Source: a virus (lineage: Duplodnaviria > Caudoviricetes). Taken from it: a stretch of DNA of 38,909 bases. Below are positions 1 to 8,914 of this stretch, piece by piece (position 1 is the first letter of the stretch; the number at the start of each line of letters is the position of its first letter). The translations under genes were made by a program, and so were the position numbers. Where the stretch lies: positions 1 through 38,909 of the IMG/VR virus record IMGVR_UViG_3300034160_000204. One strand, 5' to 3'. The notes below the pieces were generated by a model, which was not told where the DNA came from, ran no database searches, and was given only the letters and a program-made list of their open reading frames with translations.

Positions 1-942
1 TTATTTAATTTCTAGCACGTTCAGGCGCTCAAACGCTGGCGCGTTCTGTTCATCAGTCTCTTCGGGCTGCCAACCAACCGGGCGCAGCGGAATATCTTCG
101 CGGTCAAACGCCAGATCGCCGCCGTCTACCACTTCGCTGCCGTGGTGAATGCCTTTAAAGTCAAACAAATCGGTATCACACAGGTGAGAAGTCACCACGT
201 TTTGCATTGCGCTGAACATGGTTTCAATCCGGCCTGGATAGCGTTTGTCCCAGTCGCGCAGCATATCGCCAATCACCTGACGTTGCAGGTTCGGCTGTGA
301 ACCACACAAATTGCACGGGATGATGGGATATTCTTTGGCTATAGCGAAACGCTCGATATCTTTCTCGCGGCAGTAGGCCAGCGGGCGGATCACCACGTGC
401 TTGCCATCGTCACTCATCAGCTTTGGTGGCATCCCTTTCAGTTTGCCGCCGTAAAACATATTGAGGAACAGCGTTTGCAGGATGTCGTCGCGATGATGGC
501 CCAGAGCAATTTTAGTTGCACCCAACTCAGTGGCGGTGCGGTAGAGAATGCCGCGGCGCAGGCGTGAGCACAGGGAGCAGGTGGTTTTACCTTCTGGGAT
601 CTTCTCTTTGACGATGCCATAGGTATTTTCTTCGACGATCTTGTATTCCACCCCCAGCTTTTCCAGGTATTCCGGCAGAATATGCTCCGGGAAGCCGGGT
701 TGCTTCTGATCGAGATTCACGGCAATCAGAGAGAAGTTTATCGGCGCGCTCTGTTGCAGATTGCGCAGGATTTCCAGCATGGTGTAACTGTCTTTACCAC
801 CAGACAGGCACACCATGATGCGGTCACCTTCTTCAATCATATTGAAGTCTGCGATTGCTTCACCCACGTTACGGCGCAGGCGTTTTTGCAATTTGTTCAG
901 GCTGTACTGCTCTTTAGGTTTAATTAACTGATTTTCTTGCAT
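1..942 (-). CDS. ttcA: tRNA 2-thiocytidine(32) synthetase TtcA (host gene, prophage insertion target)
   Basis: 313 aa with PP-loop SGGKDS, CSLC and CNLC motifs and GHHRDD; closely resembles enterobacterial TtcA. Confidence 0.97.
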   Translation of the reverse strand: MQENQLIKPKEQYSLNKLQKRLRRNVGEAIADFNMIEEGDRIMVCLSGGKDSYTMLEILRNLQQSAPINFSLIAVNLDQKQPGFPEHILPEYLEKLGVEYKIVEENTYGIVKEKIPEGKTTCSLCSRLRRGILYRTATELGATKIALGHHRDDILQTLFLNMFYGGKLKGMPPKLMSDDGKHVVIRPLAYCREKDIERFAIAKEYPIIPCNLCGSQPNLQRQVIGDMLRDWDKRYPGRIETMFSAMQNVVTSHLCDTDLFDFKGIHHGSEVVDGGDLAFDREDIPLRPVGWQPEETDEQNAPAFERLNVLEIK

Positions 943-990
943 TTTATTTTCCGTAGAACATCAAAAGGGGCAAAACTGAGGCAAAGTATA
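890..990. other. Probable prophage attachment site (att core within the 5' end of ttcA, plus arm-type sites); limits approximate
   Basis: Integrase ends 48 nt before the ttcA start; Rac-family prophages integrate in the ttcA 5' region; short GGCAAA direct repeats at ~969-985. The second att copy is outside the window. Confidence 0.55.
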
Positions 991-2229
991 TTAAATAGCC
1001 AGCCTGTCATTTAGCATGTTCACCTGCTCCCCATTCATCTCTTCGATCCACTTTCCGTATATCTCGTAGACCATTTGCGCGTTCTCATGCCCCATCTGAT
1101 CGGCAATGAAAGATGGGTTAGCACCGGCCGTTAATAACCAGCACGCGAAAGTATGCCGCGTATGGTACGGATTACGCCGCCGAATGCCAGCGAGTTTTAC
1201 AGCGGCATTCCAACGGGCACCGATCGACGATAGCGAATAGTAGGCTTTTTGCTGGCCTTTGGCTGGGCGCGGCACAAAAACGAAATGTAGTCGCTGCTTC
1301 TCAGTTTTACCGTATTCGCGATGATGAAAAGTGATTTCCGTTTTGGGGTGCAACGCCGTTAACACTCGTTGAGCACGTAATGCCTCCAGTGCAGGCGCTA
1401 GCAGGGAGATAGAACGGTTCCCGGCCCGCGTCTTCGGCGGCCCGAACATACCCAACGTGTTGAGACTGCGACTCACTTTGACGGTCCCCGCATCTAAATC
1501 CACATCCTCCCATGCCAATGCGGCTAATTCCCCATGGCGCATACCGGAGAAAATCGCATACTGCCAAAGATTTTTAGGTTGGCCAGATAGCGCCTGCATC
1601 AGCTGATCGAATTCAGACCGCAGCAGGGGATCCGGCTTAGCCTTACTTTTCTGCAGTTTTTTCAATCCCTCAAACGGTTTATCGGTGATGAACCCAGAGT
1701 GATAGGCAAAACGAAGGACAGTGCAAAGCAGCGATATATAGTTATCAACCGTGCGTACCGTTCGCCCGTCTTTGTTGCTCCTGCTCGTCGTAGCGTAGAA
1801 CGTGGTGCCATGCAGCAGCGTTGTACGACATTGCAGTATATCGTTGTGATTGAACTTGGTTATTTCAGTATCCGGACCAATGATGAATTTTAGCGTTTTC
1901 ATCTGTGACCGGGTTTTCCGCATCGTGTTTTTTGTCAGCTCCACTTCCCTGTTATCAAGCCAAATATCAGCAAGCTGACCGAACGTCTCTATTTTACTGC
2001 GAGGGGTGGTTTTTTCTGCTCGCTTTGATGCTGGGAACCGAACCGCATAGTCAAATTCACCGATGTGAATTTCACTCAGAATCAGCGACCTGAAATTAGC
2101 AGCCTTTTTGATATTGGCTGGGGTAATTTCCCAGCCTTTTAATGACTCCCGGCAACGCTGACCGCGATACATGAACCAGATAGTAAGCCGTTTCCCTCTG
2201 ATTTCTACCCCGGTTGGTAGTGCTGCCAT
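991..2229 (-). CDS. int: Tyrosine recombinase / phage integrase (IntR-like) with N-terminal arm-binding domain
   Basis: Catalytic R (GMRHGEL), HxxR (YHTRH), H (MGH) and Y (EIYGKW); N-terminus LPTGVEIRG..IWFMYRGQRCRE. Confidence 0.95.
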   Translation of the reverse strand: MAALPTGVEIRGKRLTIWFMYRGQRCRESLKGWEITPANIKKAANFRSLILSEIHIGEFDYAVRFPASKRAEKTTPRSKIETFGQLADIWLDNREVELTKNTMRKTRSQMKTLKFIIGPDTEITKFNHNDILQCRTTLLHGTTFYATTSRSNKDGRTVRTVDNYISLLCTVLRFAYHSGFITDKPFEGLKKLQKSKAKPDPLLRSEFDQLMQALSGQPKNLWQYAIFSGMRHGELAALAWEDVDLDAGTVKVSRSLNTLGMFGPPKTRAGNRSISLLAPALEALRAQRVLTALHPKTEITFHHREYGKTEKQRLHFVFVPRPAKGQQKAYYSLSSIGARWNAAVKLAGIRRRNPYHTRHTFACWLLTAGANPSFIADQMGHENAQMVYEIYGKWIEEMNGEQVNMLNDRLAI

Positions 2230-2441
2230 TATGCATCCTGTATGAACTTATTTATTCGCGGGTAGTTGTACCAGGTGATCCCGCGAAGGGTTCGCTCACC
2301 ACTCGGTGACACACGTTTAAAATGCACCCCCTCAACCCAGCAGCCTTGACGAAATTTTTCGATTTGTCGATCGCTTAGCCCCGTCTTTGCTTTAAGCCCA
2401 TCTTCAACAATCCACTCTTCATTAAAGACAACTTGCGGCAT
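2229..2441 (-). CDS. xis: Excisionase
   Basis: 70 aa with [12 protein letters not shown]...WYNYPRIN excisionase-family motif; stop overlaps the int start. Confidence 0.88.
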   Translation of the reverse strand: MPQVVFNEEWIVEDGLKAKTGLSDRQIEKFRQGCWVEGVHFKRVSPSGERTLRGITWYNYPRINKFIQDA

Positions 2442-2504
2442 ACTTCACCTCGAGATCGGCCACGATCTTACGCGTGGCCGGTATTGTGTTTTGATGTTCA
2501 AACA

Positions 2505-2684
2505 TCAGTTTCCAGGTTGGTAAACTTCGCCGCAGAACAGCACAGCCTTAGGGCGGCGAAGTTGTATTGCTTTCAGAACCTGCTCGCACTCCGCCTCAGT
2601 CGCATATGTGCGTTCTGAAACCGGCAGCGCATCGCAGTAGTCATTGCCGCAGGCGCTGACAAGAAGAATGAAACCGATCAGCAT
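2505..2684 (-). CDS. Small hypothetical protein (59 aa), possibly DUF1482/YebW/YdfD-like
   Basis: Hand-translated MLIGFILLVSACGNDYCDALPVSERTYATEAECEQVLKAIQLRRPKAVLFCGEVYQPGN; AAGGAG RBS at the end of recT; below the ORF-track cutoff. Confidence 0.7.
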   Translation of the reverse strand: MLIGFILLVSACGNDYCDALPVSERTYATEAECEQVLKAIQLRRPKAVLFCGEVYQPGN

Positions 2685-2686
2685 AT

Positions 2687-3778
2687 TTACTCCTTAAACT
2701 CAGGACGCATATCATCGAGAGTGATCTGGAAGCGTTCGAGATCATCAGTGCTTAAATCACGCTCAGAGCGACGAACTAACGCCTCCAGCGCGGCAAATGC
2801 TTCCGGTGTTTTGCAGGCAGTGATCTGGCTATTTATATCAGTTGCTTTCTCGATCTGTCGGTAGCGCCTGACAGCTTTATTTTTCAACTCTGTATAATCC
2901 GTAATGCCAAGCTTTTGTTTCAAATCTTCAACTTGTTTACGGAGCGCTTTTGCTGGCTCTAGGTCTTTCACATTCTCGATCGCTGCCCGGATTTCGGCTG
3001 CAATGCCTTCACCATCGACCAGCGGTGCGCTGTCTTGCCGCTGGGGTGCTACTGGCTGGTCTGTTAACTGACTGACGCTAACCCGTGTGGGTGGTTGGCT
3101 TGGATTGATCTCCCGTTCAACTCTCCGTTCGAGTTCATCGGGCGTATATACACCCAAAGTTACTGCTGGAGTATGCAGTCTTGACCAATATTTCACTGCC
3201 AGATAGGCGATCTGCTGCTTTGGATTAGTTACCCACAACGGGGAGTTACGGATCGCGACAGATGATAAATAAACGGGCTCCCCCCATGCGATTTCCTTCT
3301 CGCCTCTGATAACTGCCCCAACGCGAATAAACAACCCATCTTCATCTTTCTCACTCCATGCGCCCACGCGCCTTGTTACTTCATAAGTGCCGTTTTTACC
3401 CGTTTTTGTTTCTGTAATTTCCTTGCTGCGAGTGCACTTTGACCAGTCCCCGCCGTATTCGTAATGAAAGCGGCCCTGAACTGCGTTAGAACTGGTGATT
3501 ACCGCGTTAACCAACTGGGCTTCATACCCAAGAGCACCACCGACCAAATAGGTTTTTTGAGCAACGGCGTACGGATTCATTCCCCATTGCATAGCCTGCA
3601 TGATGACTGCCATGCAGTCGGCAGGTTTACCGGTCAAATGTGCCGGTACTGTGATGGTGGAGTCGGCCATCAAATTGGCAAATGCGGTTAATTGCCCCAG
3701 CATTTGACCGTTAAAAACCATACTGATAGAGGTGGCGGTGTATGCGCCAGCATCTACGGGTAAATTTGCATTATCCAT
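2687..3778 (-). CDS. recT: RecT-family single-strand annealing protein
   Basis: VPAHL.GKPADCMAV.MQAMQWGMNPYAVAQKT, LGYEAQLVNAV, LGVYTPDE; directly downstream of recE. Confidence 0.92.
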   Translation of the reverse strand: MDNANLPVDAGAYTATSISMVFNGQMLGQLTAFANLMADSTITVPAHLTGKPADCMAVIMQAMQWGMNPYAVAQKTYLVGGALGYEAQLVNAVITSSNAVQGRFHYEYGGDWSKCTRSKEITETKTGKNGTYEVTRRVGAWSEKDEDGLFIRVGAVIRGEKEIAWGEPVYLSSVAIRNSPLWVTNPKQQIAYLAVKYWSRLHTPAVTLGVYTPDELERRVEREINPSQPPTRVSVSQLTDQPVAPQRQDSAPLVDGEGIAAEIRAAIENVKDLEPAKALRKQVEDLKQKLGITDYTELKNKAVRRYRQIEKATDINSQITACKTPEAFAALEALVRRSERDLSTDDLERFQITLDDMRPEFKE

Positions 3779-3788
3779 TTGTTACTCC

Positions 3789-6700
3789 TTATGCTGCGCG
3801 CAATGCTTCAAGGTAGCTGCGGTAGGCCACGCGCAATGCTTCAAGGCGGCGGCAGTCAAAATCGTTAAGGTCGTCCACAATTTCTTCAGTGATCGGCGCT
3901 GGCCATATGTTGGTGTCGTACGCTTGCTTGATATCGCGCAACACCTCTTTGTACTCAAGGCGACCGAGTTCCAGCAGGTCTGGTGATGCTTCAACGATCG
4001 CCACCCAGTTGTAGCCCTCATCCTTGTTTACGAAAATCCAGAAGAACTGATCGAATGCTGCCACGTCGGAGTACATCGCTGCGCTGAGGTGGTAATCGCG
4101 CTCGATGATCTCCCTGTGTAATCTTGCCCGGACGGCCCCCTGTTTGACGTTCCACATGCTGATAGTCTTGAGGTCAAACCCGATGCGGACACCATCAAGA
4201 TCAATTTCAAGGTCAGGACGTACGCGGATCTCCATACCGGTGTCCTCGTCATAGCCGAAATAGCTGGCCTCAACGGTACGCTGCGGGTGTTGCAGCATCG
4301 GCCCGGATGATGGGTTGTTGAATAGGGCGTGTTGAATGGCTTTGGCTTCCTGCATTTGCTGCTGAGTTACCAAAATGCGATCGTCATCAGCGTTGCGCCA
4401 CTGTTCGATCAGTTCGTCGGCAAAAACAGCAGTTGGTAAAACAGCCTTGATACGGGCGGCCATATCCTCTTTGCTGCCGCTGACCGCCAGCGGGGACGGA
4501 ATGGCTCGTTCCAGCTCCACGAATGCCGGGTCGATGCTTTCCAACTGTTCGAGCAATGCCTCACGGCCGCCGCTTGTTTTCAGTGGTGTCGGCAGCGTGG
4601 CGTTATATTCCTTGATGCAGGCTTTCATCGCTGTTGCGGTTGGCTTTTGATCCTCACCAATGCGCTGAAACTCTGCCGGTAGTAGGGTATAGAACTGCCC
4701 GATTTCGTCAGCATTCACACCCAAAGCGTAAGGTGTGGGCAGCGTGGCGTTATGTTTCTCGATCACGGCGCGCAACGTGTCTGAATCCATCATTTTCGGC
4801 AGACTGGCGTTGTGCTTGTCGATAAATTCGCGCATCGATGCTGTAGTTGTAAACGCCCCTTTGGGGATAATCGGCTCAATGCTGAATTCCTGCTCCAGCT
4901 TTTCGGGCTCCAGCGCCAGGGTGTGCACCAAATTGCCCAGGTCGAGAACTTTTGAGTGCACTTTCTTGATGGTCTTTTCGTTGTGGCGCGCATTGAAATA
5001 CATCAGCGATACGCGGGCATCTTTCAGCATAGTGCTGCTGATGCCGTTCGCTGCGTGGTATACGTCGTTTCGAATATCTGTGTAACGGCCAGGTTCGAAG
5101 TAGGGCGGCTCGTCCGTGACTTCTGGTTCAGCCGGCTGCGTGTCCGCCAGCGCTGGCGCGTCGTTCTGGTCCGGTTCTGCTGTCAGGGCATCAAGGAATT
5201 CACGAACATCGTTAGCCGCGGCGCTGCTCTCAACGACCACGCCAGCAAGCGGGGATTCGGTGAACAGCGCGGATACGTCATAGAGGCCTTTTCCGACTTT
5301 CTTGAGGCTGGCACTTTCGGTATCGGATACGCTGTTTCCCTGTGATTTTTCGCTCAGGTAATACTCAACGCGCTCATTGATAAACTGGCAGCGTTCTTCT
5401 TTGCCGTTTGCCCATCTTTCCAGTGCGTCCCATGTGATGTAATGAATATCATCAGTACCCAGTTGTTTGAACGGATCACAGGGCTCGATCTCTTTTGCTA
5501 ACAAGCGGGCAAGGTAGGCGTGATTAAGATCGCCAGTCTTTGCGATAAGCTCTTTCACATCATCCACGCCCATTACTGACGTTTTACCGTCGAGGGCGGT
5601 CATGACTTCACGCCGCAGCCACGCGTAGCGCGTTGTTGGCTCAAGATCCTTAATGGCGTCCACTTCTTCTTTTTCGCCATCATTTGAGGGAGCCTGACTG
5701 GTTAGCTCGCCCGCCAGCGACGTATCGCCAGAACCTGCTGCTGCGCCTGCCAGCGTTTCATTCTCAGGCTGTTCATCAGCCAGTGAGCCTGCCTCGATCT
5801 GCGGCAGCGATTGGGTTTGAGCATTAGTTTCCGCCTTCTGTGCTTTGTCGTCGATTTCGATCAGGTTTGAATTGATGTAGTAACTGAGTGCGCCGGGCGT
5901 CAGATGGATGTTTTCCGGCGCGTTACGGATCAGCCGAAAAATAGCTTCACGTGAGAAATCGAGGACACAAACGGTATTGCTGAGTTGCTCATTCCATGCC
6001 GCAAGCGCCGCATCTTTGCGCTTCTTCATTTCGCGCACGGCATTGATGATTGAGCCTGGTGGATTGCTGATATCGAAATCGGAAGGGTAAAGCGAGCAGC
6101 CGATGACCATCTGTAGGGTATCAAGAGAGTCCATTGGCGTACCGTACGCTGGCTTTTTGCCTGTACCGGCCAGCGCGCCGGACGATGTGCGCGGCAATTC
6201 TTCTTTCGGCTGGCTAGCTGCGGGGATACCGGTCTGCCATTTAGAAATAACAGACTGGCGATCTTCCACCCTCGCATTCAGGTATTCGGTTGCGAACTGG
6301 CAGAGTTTACCCAGTTCCGGTGCTTTGTCGAACGGTGGCCAGACGGCCTTCATTGCAGCAATAGCCACTACCGGCATATTTGGATAAGTGTAATCGAACT
6401 GCTTGAGGCTGGAGAGGGCCATGATGACGTTCTGCGGGTACCGCTGCGAGTCGTCCATAACAAGCGCTTGAGCCGATTTCAGTTGTTCCTCTGTCAGTGT
6501 CATGCAGTCGCGGCCGAACAGCCAGGCGGCAGCAATCACAGTGTGCTTGTCGAGGTTTGTCGCGTGATACTTAGCCTCTTCCTTGGCTGGCGATTTTGTG
6601 GTTTTCTGCGGCAGCTGCCGCCCGGGTTCGGCAGCTATTTGCTCCCATGTCTGCCCGTTGTCGCCCAGGCAATAACGTTCACACCATTTTTCGCAGAATT

Positions 6701-6905
6701 CGCCTTCTGTGGGCAGGTCATCAAAAACCGGGAAATCAGTGCGGACTGGCTTGAAGTATTCTTTCGGATCCAGCTCGGCATCTTCAATTTTGTTTTCCAG
6801 ATCGCGCAGCGCCCGGGCGTCGTTTTTCGCTTCAAAATAAATGAAAAGGGAAGGTTTGCCGGATTTCTGTTTTGCCTTGAGATAATAGGCATACACGTTT
6901 TGCAT
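3789..6905 (-). CDS. recE: RecE / exodeoxyribonuclease VIII
   Basis: 1038 aa; N-terminal KAKQKSGK domain; C-terminal PD-(D/E)xK nuclease (YHAANGISST, RVRPD, DLKT, YHLSAAMY). Confidence 0.93.
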   Translation of the reverse strand: MQNVYAYYLKAKQKSGKPSLFIYFEAKNDARALRDLENKIEDAELDPKEYFKPVRTDFPVFDDLPTEGEFCEKWCERYCLGDNGQTWEQIAAEPGRQLPQKTTKSPAKEEAKYHATNLDKHTVIAAAWLFGRDCMTLTEEQLKSAQALVMDDSQRYPQNVIMALSSLKQFDYTYPNMPVVAIAAMKAVWPPFDKAPELGKLCQFATEYLNARVEDRQSVISKWQTGIPAASQPKEELPRTSSGALAGTGKKPAYGTPMDSLDTLQMVIGCSLYPSDFDISNPPGSIINAVREMKKRKDAALAAWNEQLSNTVCVLDFSREAIFRLIRNAPENIHLTPGALSYYINSNLIEIDDKAQKAETNAQTQSLPQIEAGSLADEQPENETLAGAAAGSGDTSLAGELTSQAPSNDGEKEEVDAIKDLEPTTRYAWLRREVMTALDGKTSVMGVDDVKELIAKTGDLNHAYLARLLAKEIEPCDPFKQLGTDDIHYITWDALERWANGKEERCQFINERVEYYLSEKSQGNSVSDTESASLKKVGKGLYDVSALFTESPLAGVVVESSAAANDVREFLDALTAEPDQNDAPALADTQPAEPEVTDEPPYFEPGRYTDIRNDVYHAANGISSTMLKDARVSLMYFNARHNEKTIKKVHSKVLDLGNLVHTLALEPEKLEQEFSIEPIIPKGAFTTTASMREFIDKHNASLPKMMDSDTLRAVIEKHNATLPTPYALGVNADEIGQFYTLLPAEFQRIGEDQKPTATAMKACIKEYNATLPTPLKTSGGREALLEQLESIDPAFVELERAIPSPLAVSGSKEDMAARIKAVLPTAVFADELIEQWRNADDDRILVTQQQMQEAKAIQHALFNNPSSGPMLQHPQRTVEASYFGYDEDTGMEIRVRPDLEIDLDGVRIGFDLKTISMWNVKQGAVRARLHREIIERDYHLSAAMYSDVAAFDQFFWIFVNKDEGYNWVAIVEASPDLLELGRLEYKEVLRDIKQAYDTNIWPAPITEEIVDDLNDFDCRRLEALRVAYRSYLEALRAA

Positions 6906-7060
6906 TGTGCAATTCTCCTGAATTTAGGTAGAATGCCAACCGATCGATGGTCTGCTTCGGCTGGTCATTGGTTATGCTCCGGTTATTGGGGGTGGTTCCC
7001 CGGTAACCCGTCGCCGGGACGTTAAACCGGTAGACTGGCCCGCCTTGTGCGGGCCTTTTT
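6905..7060 (+). ncRNA. Candidate promoter plus ~120-nt sRNA, antisense to the recE leader
   Basis: TTGTGC(6905-6910)-N18-TAGAAT(6929-6934), then a GC-rich hairpin region and a + strand terminator at 7037-7060. Confidence 0.45.
7037..7060 (+). terminator. Rho-independent terminator
   Basis: GGCCCGC-cttgt-GCGGGCC-TTTTT. Confidence 0.75.
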
Positions 7061-7064
7061 ACTT

Positions 7065-7295
7065 CTAGTTGCAGTAACTGAGGCGGCAGTGCGGGCAGTC
7101 GAGAACGTGCGCAGTGCTGGCTTTCTCAACAGAAATACCCGTTTGATCCGTGCCTGAAACTTTACGACGGTAAATATTATTTGTGCAGCGATTGCAAATA
7201 CCGTCGTGGGGTGCAAATAAAGGCAGGCGATTGTCAGCGCAATACTTCTTTTGCGCCTCGATTGCGGCAGATGGTGAAAATAACTGTGATTCCAT
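7065..7295 (-). CDS. Hypothetical Cys-rich (zinc-binding) protein, 76 aa
   Basis: Start re-assigned to MESQLF with GAGGA RBS; CNRC and CPHC motifs. Confidence 0.75.
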   Translation of the reverse strand: MESQLFSPSAAIEAQKKYCADNRLPLFAPHDGICNRCTNNIYRRKVSGTDQTGISVEKASTAHVLDCPHCRLSYCN

Positions 7296-7463
7296 ATTAT
7301 CCTCAGCTAATTGTTGGGTTGTGCCCATTGCGCCGGGCCAGTGGGGTAAAACACGTTGGTATTGAAGTGCGTCCCTACGCTTTAACGCCCGCCACCTGGA
7401 TGAAGGAAGCGTGAGACGCACTTCAATAACGTTCAAGCCCCGCCAGTAGCAGGGCGATACAGA

Positions 7464-7754
7464 TTAGTGAAGAGGCGAAACGCTGATGCTGATCTCACAA
7501 ACATCCCTCTTTGTGAGCAGGGCAATTTCTTGATGTGGAGGAATGCGCTCAAAACGACGGATCACCCGTTCAATCGCGCATACTGCGCAATCTTGATAGC
7601 CAATATCTTTGCCGTTGTGGGTGATGGCAAAATACTGCTGATTCTGGTGTTCATTTTCTGGAGTAGTGATATAACCAGCGGTTTCGCCATTGCTAATAAC
7701 ACGCGCAATATTGCCGTTTAATTTCTTCAGGCTGAAAATAATATTCTTGGTCAT
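7464..7754 (-). CDS. Hypothetical early-left protein, 96 aa
   Basis: GGAG RBS, ATG start, operon orientation, CAVC motif. Confidence 0.7.
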   Translation of the reverse strand: MTKNIIFSLKKLNGNIARVISNGETAGYITTPENEHQNQQYFAITHNGKDIGYQDCAVCAIERVIRRFERIPPHQEIALLTKRDVCEISISVSPLH

Positions 7755-7831
7755 GGTAATGCTCCGTTATTTGGGTAAAGGGATCCCGTGGCTAAAATAA
7801 TTAGCCGCTGGGGAGTTTTATTAATGTGTTG

Positions 7832-7971
7832 CGTTGTGGTGGCCGGTGCTGAAACCCCGGCTTGTTGTCACTTAGGCGTTTAGTCAGCCAGACAACCGGT
7901 GTGACTGGGTCAAAATAAGGTAAAAAACCCGCTAAACTTACCGGCGCTTTGCCTGCGCATTCACCACAACG
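7832..7971 (-). ncRNA. C4-antisense-like structured RNA (P1 C4 / P4 CI family)
   Basis: Perfect 10-bp closing stem CGTTGTGGTG/CACCACAACG; 5' GTGGTGAATGCGCAGGC; 3' GCCGG-ggtttcagca-CCGGC-CACCA hairpin, matching my recollection of the C4 motif. Confidence 0.65.
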
Positions 7972-8259
7972 ATAAACCCGCTCACTGCATGCGCGATACA
8001 CTCATTCAATGGAGTGCAAAGCTTTGGCGATACAAACAGCAACGGGCTTACCTGTTGTGTGCTGGTCTTTCCCAGCCGTCAGCAGGTTACGTTTCCGGCG
8101 TCGCGTTACTCACTTCTGCGAGTGGGTATTAGCGACCGTCCCTGGTGCTGCATTTTCTACCGGCCTTTCCCGGCTGTCCGTAAGCGCATCGGCTTCAAAG
8201 GAGTAAGTGTCCAATCGCCTACTGCCAGTGTTATATGCCACCGCTGGCTGGGCAGTGAA

Positions 8260-8454
8260 TCAGTGGGTGCCAGCCGGTTCAAACTCCGGCGGAATACCCG
8301 GTGATTCAAATGGCTTTCTGATTGCCCGAAGGTTGCCTACGGGCTCGAACCGGTAGACGCTGCGCACGTAATCGAACAATGCAACCCACGGTGCTCCGGT
8401 GCGCTTATTGCGTAGCGCTATTGCTTTGCCGCTAAATGGGACGATTTTGGTCAT
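8260..8454 (-). CDS. Hypothetical protein, 64 aa
   Basis: ATGA overlap with the upstream ORF; GAGGGG RBS. Confidence 0.75.
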   Translation of the reverse strand: MTKIVPFSGKAIALRNKRTGAPWVALFDYVRSVYRFEPVGNLRAIRKPFESPGIPPEFEPAGTH

Positions 8455-8687
8455 TTGGCCTTCCCCTCGATCAAAGAAACCCGCCGCGCTACGTCATAAT
8501 CTGAGTAATGGGAATCAACAACATTGCTTCCATCCAATCCCGCAAACTCGTCGACGCAGATGATGCTATGTGCCGGGCGATTGGGCTGGCGTGCAACGCG
8601 CCGAATAAAGGTTCCTTTCAGTTCATTGCTGCCGAACTCTGGCTTTATCAACACCCGCATGTCTGGTTTCAATGAAGTCGGTTTCAT
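8451..8687 (-). CDS. Hypothetical protein, 78 aa, first gene after pL
   Basis: Start re-assigned to MKPTSLKP (AAGGGA RBS); coupled to the next ORF. Confidence 0.7.
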   Translation of the reverse strand: MKPTSLKPDMRVLIKPEFGSNELKGTFIRRVARQPNRPAHSIICVDEFAGLDGSNVVDSHYSDYDVARRVSLIEGKAK

Positions 8688-8803
8688 CGGCAATCCCTTC
8701 AAATGGTTTTTGGTTATGCTCGCCGTCTTTCCGGCTGTCAGAACTCTTTCACCTGCTGCTGATTTCACTTCCACAGTCGCCGTGGCGGCTGCTTGATGAA
8801 GCA

Positions 8804-8832
8804 AGTAAACAATATCTTTACCATATGATCAA
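8804..8832 (-). promoter_or_regulatory. pL promoter with overlapping operator OL (8805-8821)
   Basis: Minus-strand TTGATC-N17-TTTACT; operator GTAAA-caatatc-TTTAC. Confidence 0.75.
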
Positions 8833-8861
8833 GTAATTTTTGTTTAATTTAAGGAGGGCAT

Positions 8862-8886
8862 AAAAAAACCGCCTTAGGGGGCGGTT
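8862..8886 (-). terminator. cI terminator
   Basis: Minus-strand AACCGCC-ccctaa-GGCGGTT followed by a T run, just after the cI stop. Confidence 0.8.
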
Positions 8887-8914
8887 AGATTGGGTGATTT
8901 ATTTCTTGGGGATA

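Larger units (their letters stand above)
8061..8740 (-). repeat. Three dispersed GAC(A/G)-stem-GAAAG(A/G)-stem hairpins (boxB-like) at 8061-8081, 8159-8179 and 8722-8740
   Basis: Minus-strand TGACG GCTGG GAAAGA CCAGC; GGACA GCCGG GAAAGG CCGGT; TGACA GCCG GAAAGA CGGC. Confidence 0.6.

Noticed and set aside
7832-7971. tRNA gene (T-arm-like hairpin ending CACCA)
   Set aside because: No TTC T-loop, D arm or anticodon arm; it fits a C4-like RNA
7801-8001. 66-aa minus-strand ORF
   Set aside because: It coincides with the C4-like RNA and has a weak start; the RNA structure explains the region better
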